Assembly (NCBI GenBank): GCA_037045145.1
Contig: JBAOIA010000012.1
Location: 857,550-921,549, forward strand
Direction of reading: 5' to 3'
DNA length: 64,000 nt
From: Bacteroidia bacterium
GTDB lineage: Bacteria > Bacteroidota > Bacteroidia > AKYH767-A > OLB10
In this document: positions 29,341-36,459 of the stretch, in pieces
Layout: each line of letters starts with the position of its first letter
How positions within the stretch are numbered: position 1 is the first letter of the stretch
Notes under the pieces: generated by a model
What the model was told of the DNA's origin: nothing
Database searches by the model: none
Seen by the model: the letters and a program-made list of their open reading frames with translations, nothing else
Translations under genes and position numbers: made by a program

Positions 29341-29822
29341 AAAATTTCTACCTCTACAATAACCGCGTTGAAATTGTCAACGACAACGGAAGCATTTTCA
29401 CAATCTACTTCAACGAACATAGCGGAAAGGTTTATTACCGCTTTAAGATTGGCACTTTATCCAAAATAAAGCACCCGGGTATTTATTTGGGTGAAGATGC
29501 TTATGGCACACATTACTTTTTGCACAATCATTATCACTATGGAAAGGCACACATCACAACGGCTGCCGATTTTATTGAAGGACAAGCGATTTACATTTAC
29601 AACGAAAAGTGCAGCAATACTCCTTTGAAAGTAATTGAAATTGGGTTAAATGAAATACTCAGGGGCGAAAGCTACAAGCCCATTACTTACAACTGCCAAA
29701 CCTATACCAACACGGCTTGCCATAATCAACGCAAAAGTGCCGATGCCGAAAAATGGGTAGGTGGGCTTGTGTTGGGTTCGCTTGCTTTCCTCTTGATAAG
29801 TGCCATTGCAGGAAATAAATAA
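29337..29822 (+). CDS. LRAT/PLAAT-like (circularly permuted NlpC/P60 papain-fold) protein with a C-terminal transmembrane helix; putative phospholipase/acyltransferase
   Basis: The H-box 'KHPGIYLGEDAYGTHYFLHN' (His...His) is followed about 60 aa later by 'ITYNCQTY', a Cys in an NCEHF-like position. The C-terminal 'WVGGLVLGSLAFLLISAIAG' is a transmembrane segment. The His-before-Cys order matches the LRAT family. Confidence 0.45.
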   Translation: MKNFYLYNNRVEIVNDNGSIFTIYFNEHSGKVYYRFKIGTLSKIKHPGIYLGEDAYGTHYFLHNHYHYGKAHITTAADFIEGQAIYIYNEKCSNTPLKVIEIGLNEILRGESYKPITYNCQTYTNTACHNQRKSADAEKWVGGLVLGSLAFLLISAIAGNK

Positions 29823-29858
29823 TCATATAAAATCTGAAACTATCGAATATACTTTTAC

Positions 29859-30473
29859 ATGAACAAGAATACAATCATCATCCTAATCGTTGTCATTGTG
29901 ATTATGGGATTAGGTCTTTGGAAGGTGAATGAAACCTTACAAGAAGAAAGAAAAAAGCGAAAGGAAGCCGAACAAGCCAATGTGCGGTTGATTATGGACA
30001 GCATACGCAGGCAAAAAGGTTTTACCGAAGCGGTGAAACTGGAACTGGATAATCTGGCCAAACATTTTGAAGACATTGAACCGAATGTAACGGCTAAAAT
30101 TGCTAAAGCCATTCAGTTGATAGAAATAAACCAAACCGAAAATGCCATTGAAGATTTGGCCGTAATCATGGAAAACCTGCTGGAAGATTATTACAAAAAA
30201 GACAACGGCTTTGTTGCCTTCTTGAAAAACCGCAGGGCGGACCTACATCATTTGCTTACCTATTGCAATAAGGACAAAAAAATAAGCGATGTAGAGTTGC
30301 AGTTTTTTCTTGGCGTAAAAACCATACGCAACAAAGAAGACCACACACTAAATCAAAAGCTGGACGATTACCTGAACGCTACCGGTTTAATTGTAGGCAT
30401 CGGTGCCATTGTAAAAATTGCTTCGTTTTGGAAACAGAAAAAGCAATTGGAACTTATCCCAGTAAGGGCGTAA
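29859..30473 (+). CDS. Membrane-anchored protein with an N-terminal TM helix, a coiled coil and a C-terminal alpha-helical domain carrying an Rx4H (HEPN/DUF4145-like) motif
   Basis: N-terminal TM 'IIILIVVIVIMGLGLW'; a KEAE-rich coiled coil; C-terminal 'FLGVKTIRNKEDHTLNQ', which matches Rx4-6H. Confidence 0.4.
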   Translation: MNKNTIIILIVVIVIMGLGLWKVNETLQEERKKRKEAEQANVRLIMDSIRRQKGFTEAVKLELDNLAKHFEDIEPNVTAKIAKAIQLIEINQTENAIEDLAVIMENLLEDYYKKDNGFVAFLKNRRADLHHLLTYCNKDKKISDVELQFFLGVKTIRNKEDHTLNQKLDDYLNATGLIVGIGAIVKIASFWKQKKQLELIPVRA

Positions 30474-30478
30474 TACAT

Positions 30479-31861
30479 TTACGCTTTTACCTTTTTGTAT
30501 TTTACTTTTTTCTCCGCAGCTATTTTCATGGGCTTTTCTTCAATGGAATATGCTTTGGTTTTTTTGCCGCCTTTTTTCCCCTGAGCTTGCCGAAGGGTTT
30601 CCTTTTCTGCTTTAATCTTTTCCAATAAAACACTGGCAGGTTCATCTTCCGGATTTTGTGCAACCAACTCGCCACGGAATGCTTTTGCCAAAATGCTTTG
30701 GGGAAGTTTATCCAGCATGGCTTTGGCTTTGGTGTAGCGGGCTTCTAACTTATCGGCAAATGCAAAGAGTTGTTCTACCTTTCGGACGATTTCTTTTTGT
30801 TCTACGACTTCAGGAAGCGGGATCGATAGTGTTTTTAGTTGGGTAGTGTTTATCCTAGGTCTTGTTGCACCGTGAATATTCAAAACCAATTGTTCAAATG
30901 AACGCATTGAAGTCAATACAAAAAGCAGAAAGAACTTGTCTATTTTATTTTCATCTGGTCGAATACAAAAGCAATCAGCTTTTGCAATTGCTTTAGTTGG
31001 TAAATAAGGTAAAATGCAAGCCCTTATTTCTTCAGAAATAAAAGAAGAGAAAATTATATCACCTTCGCCAACTGTATGACGCAATAAAGACTGATATTTT
31101 TCTTTTGTTATATAAGTTTCCTTTTCGTGAACAAAATATAGATGTTCAATATTTTCAAGACGAATAACTCGAATACCTTTATCAGTGTAATCAGCAGTTT
31201 TTAAATTTGAACCAAATGGGCCATCAAAAATTCCACCTTTCGGAATTACGGAGTTTAATTCAACTTCGTCCCATTCTTTAAATCCATTCTTCTTCTTCCA
31301 TTCCTCCGTCAACTTACCACTTACAGCAGCAGCCAACACACTTTGCCGAAATCGTTTTAAAATGATTGGTATTTTTTCTAACCGTTGTTTGTTGCTTTCT
31401 ACTTTTTGCATTACCGCATCTAGCTTGGCTACTATGCGGTGCTGCTCGTCAAGGGGTGGAAGGGGGATATGTATTTCTTTTTGTGCCTTTCCCGTTTGAA
31501 CAAACGGTTGGCCTGAACCCCCTTTTGGCCAAAAATTTTCATTATTCAATAAATAGAACAGGTAGTCAACATGTTTATCGTCATTTGCAAATGCTCTAAT
31601 TACCGAAGTATTAGCAATAGTTGTCCATTGCCCATTTGCTCTAAAACATTTACCACATCTTGCTCCAACAGCACTCAATATGATAGCTTCACCTTCTTCC
31701 TCAAAAAAATCAACTTTGCCATCAGGGCCAGTTCCACTAAATGCAATATATTTCCCATCTTCTTTGTAAACCTTTTTAGTTAAAGAAGAATTACCAGAAG
31801 TAATATTAACTACTTCACCTAATAACGGGAATTCCCAACCTTGTGGTAAACTATTCTCCAT
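30479..31861 (-). CDS. hsdS: Type I restriction-modification specificity subunit
   Basis: There are two target-recognition domains, each preceded by the conserved 'LP.GWE...LGE' opening, and a central coiled-coil repeat. Its start overlaps the stop of hsdM. Confidence 0.85.
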   Translation of the reverse strand: MENSLPQGWEFPLLGEVVNITSGNSSLTKKVYKEDGKYIAFSGTGPDGKVDFFEEEGEAIILSAVGARCGKCFRANGQWTTIANTSVIRAFANDDKHVDYLFYLLNNENFWPKGGSGQPFVQTGKAQKEIHIPLPPLDEQHRIVAKLDAVMQKVESNKQRLEKIPIILKRFRQSVLAAAVSGKLTEEWKKKNGFKEWDEVELNSVIPKGGIFDGPFGSNLKTADYTDKGIRVIRLENIEHLYFVHEKETYITKEKYQSLLRHTVGEGDIIFSSFISEEIRACILPYLPTKAIAKADCFCIRPDENKIDKFFLLFVLTSMRSFEQLVLNIHGATRPRINTTQLKTLSIPLPEVVEQKEIVRKVEQLFAFADKLEARYTKAKAMLDKLPQSILAKAFRGELVAQNPEDEPASVLLEKIKAEKETLRQAQGKKGGKKTKAYSIEEKPMKIAAEKKVKYKKVKA

Positions 31862-33257
31862 TGAATTCCAGTAGGGTTAATATTTCTTTTAAATCGTCCA
31901 CCACAGCTTCCAGTTCTGCAATGGCTTCTGTGGCAAGGTCGTTGGGTTCGGGTAAGCTGTCGGCATCTTCTATGCTTTCGTCTCTCAGCCAGGTAATGTC
32001 GAGTTTGTAATTCCGTTTTGTAATTTCCTCTATTGTAAAACAACGGAAACGCCCTGTTTCGCCTTCGTCTTTTCGTTTGCTTTTTCCGTTAGGGTCGGTG
32101 CCGTAGCATTTTTCAAAATCGGTAAAATGCTTGTCGGTTAGCGGACGGTCTTTTTTGGTAATGCCTTCAATGTTGCTGCGGTTGTCGTAAATCCAAACTT
32201 TTTCGGTGGGCAAACCTTTCTGAAAGAAAATCACATTGGCTTTTACACCCTGTGCGTAGGGAGTAAAGGTTCCTCTGGGCAAACGCACAATGGTGTGCAG
32301 GTTGCAATCCTGCATCAGTATTTCAAATACTTCACCTGCTTTGTCTTCAAACAACACATTGTCGGGCAACACTATGGCAGCACGTCCACCCGGTTTCAGA
32401 GTGCTCATAATGTGCTGCACAAAATTCAACTGCTTGTTGCTGGTTTCTACCGTAAAATCATCCCGTTCGGGAACCTGGTTTGCTCCTTTTGTTCCAAAGG
32501 GTGGATTGGCCAACACCACATCAAACCTGGTGCTGTCGGGTGTGTTGTAAATGGTATCGCCCAGTTTTATTTTCGGGGTAACGCCATGCAAATACATATT
32601 CATCAAAGCCAGTCGCCTTGGCCTTGCCACCAACTCCTGTCCGTAATAGGTTTTTTCACGAATGCGTTTTACATCTTCACGGGGCAGCGCACCTTTGCTT
32701 TCCTGCATCAGCCATTCATAAGCCGATACTAAGAAACCACCTGTGCCGCAACTGGGGTCGGAAATGGTAAATGAACTTTTGCCTCTCGGGTCGGGCTTCA
32801 TTAACCGCACCATGCTTTGTATCAAAGGTCGTGGTGTAAAGTATTGCCCTGCACCCTTTTTGCCTTCGCTGGCGGCTTTTTCCAGCAGTCCCTCAAAGGC
32901 AGCACCTTTTACATCCACATCCATGCTCGTCCATTCGTCTTCTTCAATCAGGTTCAGCAGTTTTTTCAAACTCACCGGGTTGTTGAAGCGATTTTGTGCT
33001 TGTGTAAATATTTCACCTAACAGACCTTGCTCTTTGGCCAGTTCACGCAGGGTGTCGGTGTAATGGTCCATCAAATCGCCACCGCTTAATTTGGTCAGCG
33101 ATTGCCAGTTGTATTTTTTATGCAGATGCACTTCTTTTTCATCTGCCATTTTCAGGAAGAGAAGAAACGACAGTTGCTCTATGTAATCGTTATAATCAAT
33201 GCCCTCGTGGCGAAGCGTATGGCAAAAGCCCCACAATTTATTTACTACATCACTCAT
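31851..33257 (-). CDS. hsdM: Type I restriction-modification N6-adenine DNA methyltransferase subunit
   Basis: HsdM_N-type N-terminus; the motif I region 'DPSCGTGGFL' and motif IV 'NPPFG' are present. Confidence 0.9.
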   Translation of the reverse strand: MSDVVNKLWGFCHTLRHEGIDYNDYIEQLSFLLFLKMADEKEVHLHKKYNWQSLTKLSGGDLMDHYTDTLRELAKEQGLLGEIFTQAQNRFNNPVSLKKLLNLIEEDEWTSMDVDVKGAAFEGLLEKAASEGKKGAGQYFTPRPLIQSMVRLMKPDPRGKSSFTISDPSCGTGGFLVSAYEWLMQESKGALPREDVKRIREKTYYGQELVARPRRLALMNMYLHGVTPKIKLGDTIYNTPDSTRFDVVLANPPFGTKGANQVPERDDFTVETSNKQLNFVQHIMSTLKPGGRAAIVLPDNVLFEDKAGEVFEILMQDCNLHTIVRLPRGTFTPYAQGVKANVIFFQKGLPTEKVWIYDNRSNIEGITKKDRPLTDKHFTDFEKCYGTDPNGKSKRKDEGETGRFRCFTIEEITKRNYKLDITWLRDESIEDADSLPEPNDLATEAIAELEAVVDDLKEILTLLEFNGE

Positions 33258-33258
33258 A

Positions 33259-33945
33259 TTATGCTGCTATTGCTAAGTTTATTTCTTGAATCAATTTGGT
33301 GTAATCGTCTGCAAATACTTTTTTGAATTTGTTCAGTCCGCCTCTGTCAGCAAAAACGGGTAATTCCTGCAAATCTTCTTCGTCTAAAGTCATGTTTTGT
33401 TTTAGATGTTCTTTGATGTATTCCATCCATTTTTGTTGTTCGTCATTCAGCCTTTTTCCGGTTGTTACTTTCTGAATGGCTTGGTTCACCCGTTCTTCGG
33501 GGCTTAACAAAGGTTCGGTTTCTTTGGCTGCATGCTTTACCATGCTGATGATGTCAACGGCATCTTTCTGATAAACGATTTTGTGTGCCTTTTGCAAACT
33601 GGCTTCATCATAATTGCTCTCTTTTAGTTTTTGCCTTAGTTCGTTCAAAGCATTGGTGTTCCAATCTTTTGGCTTGTTTAACAAAATGCTGATGGCGGCA
33701 ATTTCATTTTCTTTTCGTTTTACAAATTCAGAAAATGCCAGTAAATAATCCATTGGTTGTAAACCGTATCTTCCTTCTGCTTCAAACAACACCATCGAAC
33801 TCACTTCGTCCTGCACCTCATACCCAACCAGAAAAACCTTTTTGGCTCTTTCGTAGTCCACCAATAGCTTTTGAAACTGCTCGTTTCGGAGCAATTCCAT
33901 CACACTGGTGAAGCTTTCAAATATTTCGGGTAACGATTTTGCCAT
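33259..33945 (-). CDS. HsdR C-terminal-domain-like protein (EcoEI_R_C/DUF3387-type helical domain) encoded as a separate ORF
   Basis: It starts in a TAATG overlap with the stop of the helicase ORF. The sizes add up: 683 aa plus 228 aa is about the length of a full HsdR. The domain identity is inferred from position and predicted helical composition, not from a recognised motif. Confidence 0.45.
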   Translation of the reverse strand: MAKSLPEIFESFTSVMELLRNEQFQKLLVDYERAKKVFLVGYEVQDEVSSMVLFEAEGRYGLQPMDYLLAFSEFVKRKENEIAAISILLNKPKDWNTNALNELRQKLKESNYDEASLQKAHKIVYQKDAVDIISMVKHAAKETEPLLSPEERVNQAIQKVTTGKRLNDEQQKWMEYIKEHLKQNMTLDEEDLQELPVFADRGGLNKFKKVFADDYTKLIQEINLAIAA

Positions 33946-35996
33946 TACTTATACTTATCAAAAAAATTAGAAATCTGCTCGGCAAATTTTCCCATATCGC
34001 CATCAGGAATATAGGTTTTGAATTTGTCACGGGCATTTCCACTCATATCTTTTTCAATTCTATGCAGTCGTTTTGCCAAACGCTTGGCATTGGCTCTGCG
34101 GTCTTCGTTGTTGTATATTTTTTCTATCAGTTCTTTAATGGTTATGGTATCGGTTCCCGGTGGGTCAATTTTAAAGTTGTAGCTGGCATCTTTAAAATAC
34201 TTTATCAATGTTCCGTTGAAACAATCAAAGATTACAAAGTGAGTTTTGCCGATGTCATCACATTTTCGTGTTCCTCTGCCCAACATTTGTTCCCAAAGAA
34301 TACGGCTTTTAACAGGTCGGAGAAAAACAATGTATTCCAGAGAAGGAATGTCAACTCCTGTGCTTAACATATCAACGGTAACCACAATTTTCGGATTGGG
34401 TCTGTTTCTAAACTCTTTAATTTTTTTCAAAGGTCTGTCCACCGTTGGGCTGCCTGTAATCTTTGCCACAAAATCGTCACCCTGATTAAAAACCTGTTTG
34501 CAAATGCTCACCAAACGGTCAGCATGTGAAATCATGGGTATGTCGTTGGATGCAAAAATCAAGGTTTTTGGAAAACGCCCTGTGCGTTGTTCCCACTCGT
34601 CAGTATATTTTTTTAGTTCTTCAATTATTTTTTGGTTGGTGTCGGGGGCTGTAATTTTTTCTTCAATCTCTGTTGAAGTAAATTCCCGCTCATCTTCCAA
34701 TTGGTCAATTTGTTCTCTGCCTGTTTCAGTGTCAATCATCCCCACTTGTTCGCCTTCTTTCAAAAAAGCTCCGTTCATCAACACTTCCGAATTGATAGCC
34801 ACAGCATCATAATCTACCAAAAACCCTTCGTCAATGGCTTGTTGCAATGGATAATTGAAAATAGGTTTTCCAAAATAGGCAACCGTATGTGATGCAGGCG
34901 TTGCAGTTAAACCAACTTTAACGGCATCAAAATGATTTAAAACATTTCGCCAAACATTCGTTTCTTTTGAAGTGTAACCTCTGTGGCACTCGTCAGCAAT
35001 AATCAAATCGAAAGCATGCGATGGAATTGAAAGCGTTTCTGCATCATCGTCTCCACTTCCTGCCTGCTCGGCAGACAGGTCTTCATCCTCACCAAATGCA
35101 CCCGCTTTGCCGTAAAGGTTAATTGCCATTCGCTGGATGGTGCAGACATAAAGAAAGGTTTTTGTTCCATCAGGATTTGTCAAATAGGAATTAGGCAACA
35201 CAGTTGGGTCGTATGCTTCCCCTTCAAAATCTTCTTTCTTAAAGCGTTGTGAGTATAATTCGTATTCGTCTTTAAACTTGATATTTCTCGGTGTGTCAAA
35301 TGATGCAAAAGCAGTAACGGCTTGTGCGGCTAACGACTTTCTATCAACCAAGAACAAAATGCGTTTAGCATAACCGGAAGCCAACATTCGGTAAACAAGA
35401 TTAACTGTGGTGAAAGTTTTTCCTGTTCCTGTTGCCATTGCTAAAAGCATCAGGCGTTTGCCGTCTTCCAAATTATTTTCAAAAGCTTGTATAGCTTCTT
35501 TTTGGTAAGGCCTAAGTCCGGGAGTATTAATGGGCCTGACTTTCAGCCATTGCAAAGCCGTATCTCGTTTTGCGTTAAATAAAGTTTCCATCGCTTCTGG
35601 CTTATGAAAACTGTAAATCTGTCGGCTTAAGTTTTTGTTGTCTCTTACATCTAAATAGTAAATCAATTCACCATTAGAAGAATACAAAAATGGAACTCGA
35701 TATTGATTCCATTCACCAATTGTCTTATCTGCACCTTTTGAATATCGCTTGGCTTGTTCCAACACATTTGCTGCACCAACCTCCAATTTCTTTGCTTCAA
35801 CCACACCTAATAAATTTCCATTTACAACCAAAGCATAGTCCGCAGGTCCGTTTTTTGTTTGCAATTCCTCAATTGCGTGATTTGTCAAAATAGACAAGTC
35901 CATTCCCTCAGAGTAAGGAATGATATGCCAACCGGCAGCTATTAGCTGCTGGTCAATTCTTTTCTTTCTTGTTATTTTCTCTGATTCGTATGTCAT
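33945..35996 (-). CDS. hsdR: Type I restriction enzyme R subunit (N-terminal nuclease plus SF2 helicase core)
   Basis: The HSDR_N-type nuclease N-terminus comes first. The helicase motifs follow: 'MATGTGKT' (motif I), 'DECHRG' (motif II) and 'QMLGRGTR' (motif VI). Confidence 0.85.
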   Translation of the reverse strand: MTYESEKITRKKRIDQQLIAAGWHIIPYSEGMDLSILTNHAIEELQTKNGPADYALVVNGNLLGVVEAKKLEVGAANVLEQAKRYSKGADKTIGEWNQYRVPFLYSSNGELIYYLDVRDNKNLSRQIYSFHKPEAMETLFNAKRDTALQWLKVRPINTPGLRPYQKEAIQAFENNLEDGKRLMLLAMATGTGKTFTTVNLVYRMLASGYAKRILFLVDRKSLAAQAVTAFASFDTPRNIKFKDEYELYSQRFKKEDFEGEAYDPTVLPNSYLTNPDGTKTFLYVCTIQRMAINLYGKAGAFGEDEDLSAEQAGSGDDDAETLSIPSHAFDLIIADECHRGYTSKETNVWRNVLNHFDAVKVGLTATPASHTVAYFGKPIFNYPLQQAIDEGFLVDYDAVAINSEVLMNGAFLKEGEQVGMIDTETGREQIDQLEDEREFTSTEIEEKITAPDTNQKIIEELKKYTDEWEQRTGRFPKTLIFASNDIPMISHADRLVSICKQVFNQGDDFVAKITGSPTVDRPLKKIKEFRNRPNPKIVVTVDMLSTGVDIPSLEYIVFLRPVKSRILWEQMLGRGTRKCDDIGKTHFVIFDCFNGTLIKYFKDASYNFKIDPPGTDTITIKELIEKIYNNEDRRANAKRLAKRLHRIEKDMSGNARDKFKTYIPDGDMGKFAEQISNFFDKYK

Positions 35997-36459
35997 ATTT
36001 CAATCCCGAAATTTACGTTTTTAATCGGTGCGGTGGCAAAAAATGGCTCTTTTGCTTTTGCTGAAGGGCTGGCTTGTGTGGTTGGGGCAAAAGCAAATGT
36101 GCCATTTGTGCGATGACAATAGAAATTCAATTTTTTTTGTGCGGTGGGGAAAAAATTAAAACACAGAAGGGTTGGCAATGAGTGTCGGTTTAATCGCTGT
36201 CCGTTTGTTGTATCGTTTCTATGTCTGTGTTCACCTGTCAAAATGGTTTACTTTTTTCTCGTCTAAGTTCGTCTTTGTCTGTTGTGTCGTGTCGTTTTAC
36301 GCTTGCTGGTAACGGTTTGGCGCTTGGCGCAGTGGCGGATTTCGGAGCACTAAACTGTCAATACACCACAAAAGTTGATGCGAGGTAGAATGTTCAATTA
36401 ACCACGTCACCCGCCATTGAGCCAAACGCCTGTTATGTGCTGCCCTTCTTCTCATTCCA

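Noticed and set aside
30428-30628. 66-aa Phe-rich ORF
   Set aside because: It is antisense to the 3' end of hsdS and has extreme composition bias.
35993-36241. 82-aa minus-strand ORF upstream of hsdR
   Set aside because: It is His/Arg/Thr-rich, has no recognisable domain, and lies in the structured intergenic region. It is probably non-coding.
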